64,000 nt of DNA from Macrostomum hystrix (GCA_950097015.1 CATNEN010000037.1:1922001-1986000), one strand, 5' to 3'. Positions 43,505 through 56,856 are shown, counted from the first letter of the stretch. Numbers and translations: made by a program. Notes: generated by a model from the sequence alone, not told the origin.

Positions 43505-46500
43505 TCAGACATCGTCGGGAAAATTCTCGCCATTAGCGATGCCATTCGACTTGTGATGATCATTATAATGGCCACTCTCTGCTCCGTCCAACGATTCACC
43601 GTCGGCTTCGTCGTCAGTGGTTACGTAACCATTGGTGACAATCTCCGGGTAGACTGGCATCAGCATCTGGCGCAACTCCGGGTCGTCGCCAGCCAGATCT
43701 AACGGAGTCTCGCCGCGCTGAAAGCAAATAGTTAACTTATATTGTACACAGGTGCGGCAAAGGGATATGAAAAAACATTTCGAGACGTGAAGCTTAAACA
43801 CCTGAAACTGGAAGCTTAAACACCTGGAAACTGGAAGCTTAAACACCTGAAACTGGAAGCTTAAACACCTGAAACTGGAAGCCTAAACACCTGAAACTGG
43901 AAGCCTAAACACCTGAAACTGGAAGCTTAAACACCTGAAACTAGAAGCCTAAACACCTGAAACTGGAAGCTTAAACACCTGAAACTGGAAGCCTAAACAC
44001 CTGAAACTGGAAGCCTAAACACCTGAAACTGGAAGCCTAAACACCTGAAACTGGAAGCCTAAACACCTGAAACTGGAAGCCTAAACACCTGAAACTGGAA
44101 GCTTAAACACCTGAAACTGGAAGCCTAAACACCTGAAACTGGAAGCTTAAACACCTGAAACTGGAAGCTTAAACACCTGAAACTGGAAGCTTAAACACCT
44201 GAAACTGGAAGCCTAAACACCTGAAACTGGAAGCCTAAACACCTGAAACTGGAAGCCTAAACACCTGAAACTGGAAGCCTAAACACCTGAAACTGGAAGC
44301 CTAAACACCTGAAACTGGAAGCCTAAACACCTGAAACTGGAAGCCTAAACACCTGAAACTGGAAGCCTAAACACCTGAAACTGGAAGCCTAAACACCTGA
44401 AACTGGAAGCCTAAACACCTGAAACTGGAAGCCTAAACACCTGAAACTGGAAGCTTAAACACCTGAAACTGGAAGCCTAAACACCTGAAACTGGAAGCTT
44501 AAACACCTGAAACTGGAAGCTTAAACACCTGAAACTGGAAGCTTAAACACCTGAAACTGGAAGCTTAAACACCTGAAACTGGAAGCTTAAACACCTGAAA
44601 CTGGAAGCCTAAACACCTGAAACTGGAAGCCTAAACACCTGAAACTGGAAGCCTAAACACCTGAAACTGGAAGCCTAAACACCTGAAACTGGAAGCCTAA
44701 ACACCTGAAACTGGAAGCCTAAACACCTGAAACTGGAAGCCTAAACACCTGAAACTGGAAGCCTAAACACCTGAAACTGGAAGCCTAAACACCTGAAACT
44801 GGAAGCCTAAACACCTGAAACTGGAAGCCTAAACACCTGAAACTGGAAGCTTAAACACCTGAAACTGGAAGCCTAAACACCTGAAACTGGAAGCTTAAAC
44901 ACCTGAAACTGGAAGCTTAAACACCTGAAACTGGAAGCCTAAACACCTGAAACTGGAAGCCTAAACACCTGAAACTGGAAGCCTAAACACCTGAAACTGG
45001 AAGCCTAAACACCTGAAACTGGAAGCCTAAACACCTGAAACTGGAAGCCTAAACACCTGAAACTGGAAGCTTAAACACCTGAAACTGGAAGCCTAAACAC
45101 CTGAAACTGGAAGCTTAAACACCTGAAACTGGAAGCTTAAACACCTGAAACTGGAAGCTTAAACACCTGAAACTGGAAGCTTAAACACCTGAAACTGGAA
45201 GCTTAAACACCTGAAACTGGAAGCCTAAACACCTGAAACTGGAAGCCTAAACACCTGAAACTGGAAGCCTAAACACCTGAAACTGGAAGCCTAAACACCT
45301 GAAACTGGAAGCCTAAACACCTGAAACTGGAAGCTTAAACACCTGAAACTGGAAGCCTAAACACCTGAAACTGGAAGCCTAAACACCTGAAACTGGAAGC
45401 CTAAACACCTGAAAATGGAAGCCTAAACACCTGAAACTGGAAGCCTAAACACCTGAAGCTGGAAGCTTTGAAGCTTGATTCTTTGAAGCAAGGCCATAGA
45501 CATATTAACAGAACAGCAGAATTACCAGCGACTTCCTCTCCAAGTTGGCCCCGTAGCTAATTAGCAGTTCAACAGCCGCCTTCGCATCCCTGTTAACGGC
45601 CCAGTGCAGCGAAGTCCAGCCGGACATGTCAGCAGCGCCAACATCCGCGCCGTGATCCAGCAGGCATTTGGCTAGCGGCAGGTGGCCGTGATAGACGGCG
45701 AACATCAGCGGCGTGAAGTCGGCCTCGCCGCGGGCGCCTGATCTTGGCGGCTGGGATCTGTCGTCGACGCCGAGGCCCGGACAGCGGCTGAGGAGGCATT
45801 CGGCTATGTCAACCAGGGCGCAGGCGAACCGGGATCTAGGTCGATTGCGGGTAGGTCAGTGGTAATCTAATTTACGCCGAATTTATTGTACTTGACATAT
45901 TTCGGCAGAAATTCGCAATCTAATTACAAGGGACACAACTTTTTTAAATAAGACACTTGATTCCCCATTGCTTCAGTTTACCCTCGACGAGTTTTCCCGC
46001 GATGGTTGCCGCTGCTGCCGCCGCCGGGGGGGGGGACGCCACACCCACCCTGAATTACCCCAGATAATGCCGGTATCCGATTAACAGCTGGGTGAATTGT
46101 AGCAATGCAGAGTGATACGTCTCGCCCGACCTTCAAGTCGTGAGTCCGACACCGTAACCACTAGGCTACGCCCCTTGCTGCACATCTAGCTGTACATATC
46201 ACTGGCTGTACATCTGGCACAACTGGGCTACGTGACATCTCATCTTCTGTAGACAAGAGGCCATAGAACAAAGTACCGGTAGTAGGTATCCTATAAAATT
46301 TAAATAATTAATCTACCTGTCCAACGGCAAAGCCGCCGGTCCGTTGGAAGTAGGCGGCGCCGACGCCACCGTTGTTCCGATGGCCGACATCGACGACGAA
46401 GACGTCATTGTCGAGCCCGCGGCCTCCATTGGTCTTTTTCGGGTTGCGGCTGCCGCGGCGGCGGCGGCAGCAGCGGCAGCCATCGCATCGTCGTGATCGC

Positions 46501-47077
46501 CATCGCTGCCACCAGCCGCTGCAGCCTGAAGCTGAGCCATGACAGCTGCGTACATAGGCGAAGTGGCCTGGTCCAGGCAGGCAGTGCTGACCCGCTTGCC
46601 GTTCTGACAGATCTGGCTTTTAGGCGCAGCGCGGCACAACTCGTGCAGACAATTTCTACCGTCGCTATTGCGATGCAAAAAGTCGCAGCGGGCATCTAGC
46701 AGGCGGCGTACAACAGCAGGCTGGCAGAAATAGCAGGCCATGATTAGCGCAGACCAGCCGCGCTCGTTCACAGCGCTGGGATCAGCGCCGGCCTTCAATA
46801 GTAGTTGAACTATCTCATCCTGACCGGTCATAGCCGAATGATGCAACGCAGTGTTCTGCTTGCTGTCTCGGGCATCAACCAAACAGCCGGCGGATAGCAA
46901 CAGTCTAACAATTTCTGGCTTGCCCTGGCTGGCCACGTGAATTGGGCAGGATTGGTGCACGTGGCTAACCCAGTTGACATCAATGTCGCCAGATTCTAGC
47001 ATGTGGCGCACTTTCCATTCGCGACCGTAGCTGCAGCACTCCCAGAAAGCCTCTTGCTTGGTGGCCGCCTGGCCCAT
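43505..47077 (-). CDS. Ankyrin-repeat protein, about 427 aa, with an N-terminal MGQAAT myristoylation-like motif; exons 46317-47077, 45526-45835, 43505-43717
   Basis: Ankyrin consensus repeats (CPIHVASQG, TALHHSAMTG, SALIMACYF, TPLMFAVYHG, TSLHWAVN, TPLDLA). Joins AG|GTAGAT...CTAG|A and CTG|GTAATT...TTTCAG|CGC are phase-consistent. Confidence 0.88.
43780..45470. repeat. 22-bp minisatellite (AAACACCTGAAACTGGAAGCCT), about 77 copies, filling ankyrin-gene intron 2
   Basis: Visible near-perfect tandem with C/T variants. Confidence 0.98.
46026..46174 (-). mobile_element. SINE family A, 5' part (tRNA-like head plus CORE-like segment) in ankyrin-gene intron 1
   Basis: The minus strand reads GGGGCGTAGCCTAGTGGTTACGGTGTCGGACTCACGACTTGAAGGTCGGG...TTCACCCAGCTGTTAATCGGATACC...GTGGGTGTGGCGTCCCC. 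Confidence 0.7.
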
Positions 47078-49599
47078 CTTTCCACTATAGCTGGAATATA
47101 TTTAGTACAGACCGTACAGTAGCTAGTTTTAATTGCAAAAAATCAGTACACAGGACTAGCTTTAAAAAGATTAATTCGATGGTTAATTTCAGGCAAGTTA
47201 AAAATAGTATATATAACCAGCAACTGAGCCCCTTTCAAGTATATTATAGTATATTGGACTAGCAACTCAGCCCCTTTCAAGTATAAACTAATATATATGA
47301 CCAGCAAGTCCGCTTCTTTCTTGACAAATGTATTTTATGCGTAAGAAAATAGTAAATTACTGAAATACTAAATAGTCATAAATACTTCGAATGCTCCATA
47401 TCTACCTTACTCTAAATAAAGTTCTACAATCATAAATAAAATAAGAATACGAGTACTGAAGTTAGATACCAGTTAAAAATAAAATTTACTAATTTGGAAA
47501 AAAGAAAAAGGAAAAGTGGTAGGCCATATTCATTTTGCTGTGAAGGCGAATATACTAAAACTATAACTATAACTGATTACATGATTTTATGATTATGTGC
47601 TTTTGCTCGTAATAAGGTGTTGTATAATTGTAAACTACAGTAAAATGAAATAGATTTGCACTTATAAGACACATTGCATTTCCTTATTAGATAGAATTTC
47701 TTATTTGCAAAAGGCGAAGAAATGGAAATAGAAAATGTCACCATAGAAACGAAGAAACAAAAAATTAACAGACGACAAACAGGAAGCCTGTCAAATTAAA
47801 CAACTCTATGATTCGTGGAGTTTGATGCTCTTGAGAGTAATACGATCGATAAGAAACTAAAAGACATCAAAACACATGCGATCAGAACTAAGAGCGTAGG
47901 CACACAAACAGCACAGAGACAGACATGGAAAAGACACAACATGGCTTCCGCTGCGCACAATAATTGCCTAGCAAGAGGTCGCAGATGCAAGATTATAAAA
48001 TCTAGCGAATTATAAGATTGGGCATAGAGTCTAAGACGCAAGCAAAACTGCGGAAAAGGCGAATAGATAAACAGAGAGACACAGTCAGTCCTGCTTAGCA
48101 ACCACCTCAATTTTAATCTCTGCGGGACAGCAGGAGGGCACAAACCTGATACTAAATCCGCCAAACTGTAATATTAAGCATTTTGTCTCGCGCATGTACA
48201 GCATGACGTATTTCTTACAGGCAGATACGCATTTTGCAAAAGCAACAAGTGTGAATGTGGACTGAAGTGTGAAACTGAAACATCTAAAACCAAAAAATTG
48301 GCAACCAACCCTCAAGTTGATGAGAAGAAGAAATGATTTACTTGATGTTGTTTGTATGCTGGTAGGAAAGCCAGATACTATTTAATTGCTTTTTGATACC
48401 GAGTTTTTCTCACCATTATCAGGAATAAATTCGCCCATAGACACTTGATTTGACAAACGTTCCGATTTTTCTAACGATTGAGAACTTATTAAATATATTA
48501 ATTTTTTGTTTAATAATTAAATCATTCATATTAAATAACATTTATATAATAAAAAATAAATCTATTAAATATGGCAGTATTGAGGTAATAAGCATATAAT
48601 GTGCATAAAATTTGCTGACAAGGCTTAGAAAAAGAACGCAAATATTTTAGGGCGATGAGAACTTTTTAACCCAATAAAAACTATAATATAGCCAGACAAG
48701 CCTTCCGCCTTTTCAATAACTATACGACATTGTTATCATAGTCAAATATATAAAATTGAATATTATATGTCGAGTCCGAACCACGAAAAGTTATAACGTC
48801 TGTCGCCAAAAGTACATCTTAAACCATTGCCTTAAAAATATACAGAACGCTGTTAAAAATTCATGATACTAGTTTAAGTAAAAAATAATACGAATGACGC
48901 AATCGCTTACATGATTTATGTTTTCAGTAACATAAAAAACGGTGGCCGGCAAAAAAAACTATTGTAGATTGTGCCTATCGAACGGTGACCACAAGAGTAA
49001 CTTTAATAGTGTCTACCGCACAGATAGGTAAAAGCAAATAAAGCGGAAATCTGAAAAGCGATAAAGTACCTTTTAACAGCAGTGCAATGATCTAAGCTTT
49101 CATAATTTGGATAAGCTGACACTTATATACTATAGCAGGCCAAGAAGCACTGCAGATAGTCTCTACCTCTCACTCCCTCTATGCTGCTGCTGTCTGCAGT
49201 TCAGTGCAGCTAAAGGCCAGAGCGTTGCAAACCAATGACAGTCTCAAGACCACGTCAAAGCCAACTATTATAAATGTGCTGTTTCTCTATGCAATGAGCT
49301 TTTCTTACTTTTGCTTTTTTGACGACCACAATGTTTTAATGAATTAGGACACACAATAGAGCTATTGATAGAGATGCAAATGGGTGTGCATTCGGTATTG
49401 TACAAGGCTGCAGACAGCTAACAATTACGAGGGGCATATTAAAATGCAAACTCTACGAAGACTCTAGCTCGGCAATTGTACAATGACACTTAACAATGCA
49501 CTACTATGGCAGTATTACTTTATGGCAGAGGCAAAAAAGAGCTAATTTTACCAGGCTAGGTATAACTAAGTCCATAATTCCAAAAAACTAGAACACCGT

Positions 49600-49817
49600 G
49601 CACAGAAACGAACACGGACTTTCTTATTATCAGTCAGAGTACACTCTCACTGTGCTTTGGGGGTTTGGCCCTTAAGGTCGTAAATTGCACAACAAGCACT
49701 TGTGCAGTCTCTCAGCGGCTGCGCCTCAAATTAATGTGGACTCGCCGAGGATTCGAGCTCAGGGACCTTGGTGCAAGATGCAGACGCGGTTAAAACGCTC
49801 TGCCACTTAGCCCCACC
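49600..49817 (-). mobile_element. SINE family B copy with the most complete tRNA-like head
   Basis: The minus strand reads GGTGGGGCTAAGTGGCAGAGCG...CGCGTCTGCATCTTGCACCAAGGTCCCTGAGCTCGAATCC...GTGCAATTTACG...AAGGGCCAAACCCCCAAAGCACAGTGAGAGTGTAC. Confidence 0.7.
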
Positions 49818-51734
49818 TGCCTAATGAGTTATGACACAGATCCCGTACATGTGGCACATCCCATACCTGTAATTTTATAGGACAGAACTAAAATGCCATG
49901 GCATTTTAAAAGCACGATGCAGGAAACTGGCTAGTCACTTTATGTAAATTTCTTCGGTGTATATTGTGTAGAAGTGCACGTAGCTCGTATATCCCTAGTT
50001 CTGATATGAAGGACGAAGAATTGAGAGTCAAATCGCTGCTTGCTTGCAACCGGAAACTGGAAACCACTTCTCTATCCTTACTGAATTATATGATAAATCG
50101 TTAAGCTTCAGTCGATGTTTGAACTCGAACTGAACTTGGTTGACTAAAATCGTGAAGTGAAAGTCACGAGGACAAGCGCTTTATATAGAACAAGAAATAA
50201 GCCAGTAACAAGATTAGAGGAGAAGAGAAGAATCGGACTCTGCACTCAAGCGCTAATCTTCAGGCAGGACATTGCACCGGGAGACCTATAGTGTCTTTGC
50301 AGCTAAAAGGCCTTTGCTGCTAGCATGGATGCAGCAAAAAGAAATATATAACCGAATTACGGTCGGCGAATAATGCAGTTTGGACGCGATGCGCTCGAGA
50401 TAGAAAGTAGTCATGTGTCGCGTGGGTGGCCAATAGATTAAACTAATATTAATTTAGTTAAATAAGAGTAAGAACAGGTTTATAAGCCAACAAAAGCATA
50501 ACGACGTACATTGGTAACGTGGTGTCACTATTTATATTGAAATTTTGAGTCCTGAACAGAAAAATTTCCTGCTCTATCCGATGAAACATCTTCCAGAATC
50601 ACAAAACAACAGCATCGTCGAGATATTCCACGATTCAATGGCTAAAACCACCAATATAGGCATAATTTTCATCCTCACAAAATGTCAATCAGTCAGAGGA
50701 ACCTTTGTTCTCAGCATCGAGAGTTAGTTTGAAAGTTAGTTTTTCGGTTTGGGAGCCATTGTGAAATAGGCATGCAGTGGGTCCCCATGTTATTTTCGCC
50801 AAGAAAATTGTGAAAGTGAAAAGTGGGGCAAACACAGCATCTTTCTACTGTTCAGAGAAAAACAGAAACACTAAGGACAGTCGAGTGAGAAGGACAAGTT
50901 ACAGAGAACTTCTACGACACACTGCGAACTACAATATAGCTACTTGAAATGCCTGTATAGAATAGAATAGAATTTAACTAATCAAACACATGCAACTATC
51001 GAAAACTCGATATGTAATACAGATGTTGCGCTAGTGTTGCAATGTTTCTTAACAGAATTATATAGCGGAAAAGTCACGCGCCAGTTGCTTATTTTCTTAG
51101 TAGAAAACACTGAACTCTATCTAGGTCGGGAGAAAACAGCCAAGGTTTTTACCTTAAAATCCTTCGAAAATGTCGCTGAAAAATTGCTAAAAAACAAGGA
51201 ATGCAACCATTTTTTCTTTTGAACTTCAATGCTATGAATTCACGCAAAGGAGAAAGTTGAAGAAGTCGAGCTTAACTAACTGAATTGAGCTGGGATTACT
51301 CAGGAGTGAGGGGCGGTGTGAAGATCTTTATAAGTGCGACAATGAGGGCGGAAAGTAGGGGAAGTCAGTGCGCTAGGAAGAGATAGGGGGAAGCGCTGAA
51401 AGACAGCTGGCATGTGGCTGTGGGGAACAGCGACTGGCTATTGGACATGGGAGCTGAGGTGAGTCACAGAAATGCGACTGGCTGGCTTGGGGACAGTGAA
51501 TGCACAGCCTGCATTTGTTCTAAAAAACGCTTTTTAAGAAGGCGCTAAGCTGAGCCATTATACCTACATGCAGGCGGGCGTGGCAGTTGAGAACTGTGAG
51601 CAGTGAGTAGGAACGGTCAGAAATAGGCCTTAGCTGCGAGTATTAAGCTGAAAATTATTAACCCATGCAATGAATTTGATCTCGAATATAAAATGGAACT
51701 ATCAAATAGAGCAATAGCTGCTGTGTCTATACCA

Positions 51735-53450
51735 ACCCCAAACATGTGACATACTGCATGTGGCACATCCCAAACATGTGACATACTGCATGTGGCACAT
51801 CCCAAACATGTGACATACTGCATGTGGCACATCCCAAACATGTGACATACTGCATGTGGCACATCCCATACAAGTGACATACTGCATGTGGCACATCCCA
51901 TACAAGTGACATACTCCATGTGGAACATCCCATACAAGTGACATACTGCATGTGGCACATCCCATACAAGTGACATACTGCATGTGGCACATCCCATACA
52001 AGTGACATACTGCATGTGGCACATCCCATACAAGTGACATACTGCATGTGGCACATCCCATACAAGTGACATACTGCATGTGGCACATCCCAAACATGTG
52101 ACATACTGCATGTGGCACATCCCAAACATGTGACATACTGCATGTGGCACATCCCATACAAGTGACATACTGCATGTGGCACATCCCATACAAGTGACAT
52201 ACTGCATGTGGCACATCCCATACAAGTGACATACTGCATGTGGCACATCCCATACAAGTGACATACTGCATGTGGCACATCCCATACAAGTGACATACTG
52301 CATGTGGCACATCCCATACAAGTGACATACTGCATGTGGCACATCCCATACAAGTGACATACTGCATGTGGCACATCCCATACAAGTGACATACTCCATG
52401 TGGAACATCCCATACAAGTGACATACTGCATGTGGCACATCCCATACAAGTGACATACTGCATGTGGCACATCCCATACAAGTGACATACTGCATGTGGC
52501 ACATCCCATACAAGTGACATACTGCATGTGGCACATCCCATACAAGTGACATACTGCATGTGGCACATCCCATACAAGTGACATACTGCATGTGGCACAT
52601 CCCAAACATGTGACATACTGCATGTGGCACATCCCAAACATGTGACATACTGCATGTGGCACATCCCAAACATGTGACATACTGCATGTGGCACATCCCA
52701 TACATGCGAAATAGAGCATGTGGCACATCCCATACAAGTGACATACTGCATGTGGCACATCCCATGCAAGTGACATACTGCATGTGGCACATCCCATACA
52801 AGTGACATACTGCATGTGGCACATCCCATACAAGTGACATACTGCATGTGGCACATCCCATACAAGTGACATACTGCATGTGGCACATCCCAAACATGTG
52901 ACATACTGCATGTGGCACATCCCAAACATGTGACATACTGCATGTGGCACATCCCAAACATGTGACATACTGCATGTGGCACATCCCATACATGCGAAAT
53001 AGAGCATGTGGCACATCCCATACAAGTGACATACTGCATGTGGCACATCCCATGCAAGTGACATACTGCATGTGGCACATCCCATACAAGTGACATACTG
53101 CATGTGGCACATCCCATACAAGTGACATACTGCATGTGGCACATCCCATACAAGTGACATACTGCATGTGGCACATCCCAAACATGTGACATACTGCATG
53201 TGGCACATCCCATACAAGTGACATACTCCATGTGGCACATCCCATACAAGTGACATACTGCATGTGGCACATCCCATACAAGTGACATACTGCATGTGGC
53301 ACATCCCATACAAGTGACATACTGCATGTGGCACATCCCATACAAGTGACATACTGCATGTGGCACATCCCATACAAGTGACATACTGCATGTGGCACAT
53401 CCCATACAAGTGACATACTGCATGTGGCACATCCCATACAAGGCACATGC
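51735..53450. repeat. 32-bp minisatellite (CATGTGGCACATCCCATACAAGTGACATACTG), about 53 copies with higher-order variants
   Basis: Visible tandem. It explains the three ~600-aa Cys/Met/His-rich ORFs, which are one unit read in three frames. Confidence 0.98.
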
Positions 53451-54722
53451 ACATCCCATCGATAGAAAACAGAAACTTTGCCTTTTACTGGCTAGTACCT
53501 CAGGCATTCGAATTTCTGGATAAACTGAAAACTTAAATTGATATTTAACTAGATAGGAAAAGCAGTCTTGCCATTACTCTAGCAGTAGGCGAAGCATTTT
53601 TTTCAAATAATAGAGCTCTACGCCTAGGGCTGTTGGTCTACTGCAAATTCGCGCAATAATTTCCTACTGTTTTGTGTCATCTGCGCAACCATCGATGGAC
53701 CAGACGAGAAAAATCAAAGAGAGACAGCGTTAAGCAAAATACGAAATAAAAAATTTGCAATCAGTGAAGACAAAAAACAGGCTTTGTTCTAGTAGGCGTC
53801 AGGCTAAAAATAGCTCCTAATAGTTAATGTATAGTTTATAAAGCGGTGCACGTGCACTGAATTGTGATTTCAGACGACCAGTTCAATCTAGTTCTAGATC
53901 CGGAGCCCTTAGATTATAGTATATTGGCTGAAGAGATGTTGCGTGGCATCAATCATTTGTTGCAGTCACTCTTAGCTCTAGTCTGAAAGACTGAAGATCT
54001 TCTAAGATATCCATCCCGTAATAACTCTTCCTCTCCGCTAGTTTTCTGCACGCTCTGGTGTACACAAGCGAGATGGCCCCTCACCAAGAAGCTAGAAGCG
54101 CAGAACTGAGCTGGCTCGGACAGCGGGCTATTTTTGCTTATAGACTGCACTAAGAGGCAAACTAGGCAGATATGTCCATGCATCGCTTAAAAATCCTATT
54201 TCAATTATAATAGTACATTAATTTCCCTTGGCCCAAAATCTGTCATGCGTAGATTAATGACGAGATTTGATTGTCAAAGATAAGAGCACTTTATAATATC
54301 ATTGCAGAATAGGGAAGCAATAACGGACACAGAAAGATAAATCAAATGCTTGTCTTACTCACATAGTTCTACTTAGAAAGAGTAGGGTGTTTAAAATATC
54401 CTAACAAAAGTAGGACCATGTTATTGTTAGGGGATAACTGTTAATATTATTAACATTATGCCCAAGTTAATCCTCTTTCAGAGAAAATGCAAACATCCTA
54501 GAGGGTAGAATTCCTGAGGAAATCTCTGATCTAGAGAACTTAATATCTATAGCTGAATAGGCGAATCACAAAGAGCCAAGGAGTTAGGCATAGGGTGATC
54601 AGATTACCCACGAAGAAAATATACTCGACGATAAATAAAGGAAAGCGTAGGGCCTAGCTACCTTCAAAGCCGAAGAAGTCAAAGCATCTGGAAGAATAGG
54701 AACATTGACGACACAGCCATAG

Positions 54723-55043
54723 ATGGGAGTATTTCTACCAGGAGCCACGGTGCAACGCTTCAACAGCTGCGACAGGCAGGTCTACTGGTTGTGCCAGTCA
54801 CTGCTAATCCTGAGCTGCTTGGCTATGATATCTACTGTTGCTGTAATAACAGCTCTGGCGCTGACAATCCGGTCTCCATTCACTGGACCAGAGGCGCGCC
54901 AGTTTGTCTACAAATTCCAACTAATAGGCTGCTTAGCTGTTGGTGCTAGCAGCTTTGGCCTATTGGTTGGTGCAGCCTGCATTTGGCACATTGTGACTAG
55001 AAATCGAGTTCGACTTGACATTGCTGTTATTGACTTGGATTGA
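54723..55043 (+). CDS. Small membrane protein with two predicted TM helices (106 aa), family not recognised
   Basis: Non-repetitive ATG-TGA ORF with two hydrophobic stretches (VYWLCQSLLILSCLAMISTVAVITALALTI; LIGCLAVGASSFGLLVGAACIWHIV). An acceptor-like CCATAG directly precedes the ATG. A possible upstream exon ATGGGAGCTGAG|GTGAGT at 51447-51458 is phase-compatible. Confidence 0.55.
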   Translation: MGVFLPGATVQRFNSCDRQVYWLCQSLLILSCLAMISTVAVITALALTIRSPFTGPEARQFVYKFQLIGCLAVGASSFGLLVGAACIWHIVTRNRVRLDIAVIDLD

Positions 55044-55649
55044 TATGACGATTGAAATATTTTGCCTAAGGTACAATAATATATTATAACAATCTATCTC
55101 ACCAAAATATTCTAGTGAGATAGTAGGCAATCATCATTTTAAACTCTGTTATGTAGGAGTTATTACCTTTATAAAAAAGACTGACTGATAATAAATATAT
55201 TGGCCCAATGGAGATACATTGGATAATTATCAAATACCACATTGTAGCAGCCTAGTTAAGGTATAATTTTATACCTTAACGTTTTAGTAGCCTAAAGAAA
55301 TCAAATTTGAGCTCAAGCCTATTTCCAAAGTATATACTATATACTTTATATTTTGTTAAAATGATTCCCTCAAAACTAATGCAAGTCCACAACAGCATAA
55401 AAAGGAAGCTGGTTTTACAAAAACATTCTACCTGCCAGTGAGCCTAAGAATGAAGGCAAAAACTGAAGACAATCTTCTAAATAGTAAAATAGTTGTGTTA
55501 GTCATTGTAAGAAGGTGCTTGTGCTCATTGCATAGAGAAAAGCAGAGATTGAGGTTGCAACCCTCTAATCTTGGATAAACGCCCAACAAAGACTGAAAAC
55601 TAAGAGACCAGTTCTTTAGAAGGAAAAAACTGCTCATGCCAAGTGATAT

Positions 55650-55900
55650 GCTACCAAGAGAGAGGAAGATAGTGTTAAGCACTATAACAATCTGTAATAA
55701 AAAATTAATTAGGCTAGTAGCAAGTATGACTCTAGATTTAGAATAAGATAAGAGCAAAGTTTAGGTAGACTAGGTTGGTTGCAAAAACTCAAGAAGCAAA
55801 AACCACTCTTGTTTTCAATATATTAGGATTGTTGGGATTTTGCTTGAATGGGACTTATATAATATAAGAGTATTCCTATGTGAACAGTCCTGTGGACTTA
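55650..55900 (+). mobile_element. Possible highly decayed Ty3/gypsy integrase C-terminal remnant
   Basis: Stop-riddled translation KYDSRFRIR*EQSLGRLGWL followed by NGTYII*EYSYVN resembles the KYD...GD.VWL...W.GPY.I pattern; weak. Confidence 0.25.
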
Positions 55901-56856
55901 AGGGTGATTTCTGACAGGCAGTTTTAATAGAGTGGCATCATGTGGATAAAAGGCTCTTAAAACCATTTAGGAAAGAAATAACATCTACTGAGCAACAGTG
56001 TCTTTAACACGGAAGAATTTCTACAGAGCCTGTCTTTGATCTTGTGTTTTTAGGTGTCATTTATTTTCAATTTTCAGGTCAAGTGTTAAAGAAGCCTATA
56101 TTACAATCAAGTACATTTCAACTAAGGCAGCAGCCATTTATTTAGGGAACCTCAAACTTTACTACTTAGCCTTTCAATTAGCCATTAATTGATTGCTACC
56201 AGAACAGAGGGAAGACAACAATTTATAATAGTTCATTAGGGTAATGTATCATCAACTGAACAGTGTATCTTCAAAAACGAATAAGAATTTCGACTCCTTC
56301 CTTGGTCTCATGTAAGACAGAAACAAGCTATTGTGTTTCACAGAACAACTAATTTAAAAGTCAGAGAAATTATCTATAAGCTGAGGCATGACATGCAATG
56401 AAGCATTAAGAGGAAAGAAAGATATGTACATTTCAGTAGAATTTTTTATCGCAAAAGCAAACTTTTTAGCTACATTTTATGAGCATGTACTTTAGACTAA
56501 GATTGTATGTGGTTGCTTTCCAATTAAATGACCAGAGCATGAAAAATGCTATCAAATGACATAATTCATGATAGTTCACTCCTTAAAATAAGATTAAACC
56601 ACTCAATCAAATTGTAAAACCAAACATCTAATTCTCTGTTCAGTTTGAAGATATATGAAAATCATTGTTTGGTTTTTAGATGAAAAACATGAATTACTTT
56701 TTTCCTATTAGACAAAATAGCAAAAGCATATACTTTTTAGAAAGTTATAAATGTTTTCTATAACTTGGCTTTTGATTTATAATCATATCTTAAATAGAAA
56801 ATCTGTAGCTTAGGTTGGAAGTTAAAAAATGAATATTCTTGTTTGGTTGATGATAT

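Noticed and set aside
46100-46174. tRNA gene (CAC anticodon-like loop) on the minus strand
   Set aside because: The anticodon stem pairs poorly, the T-arm and B-box are disrupted, and it runs into SINE body sequence; treated as a SINE head. The same applies to 49740-49817.
47720-48015. Broken ORF containing KSVGTQT (LC8-binding-like motif)
   Set aside because: An in-frame stop lies just upstream and frameshifts are needed to extend it; a motif alone is insufficient.
51617-53507. Three ~600-aa Cys/His/Met-rich ORFs resembling metal-binding proteins
   Set aside because: They are the 32-bp repeat read in three frames, giving the same 32-aa cycle; there is no unique coding context.
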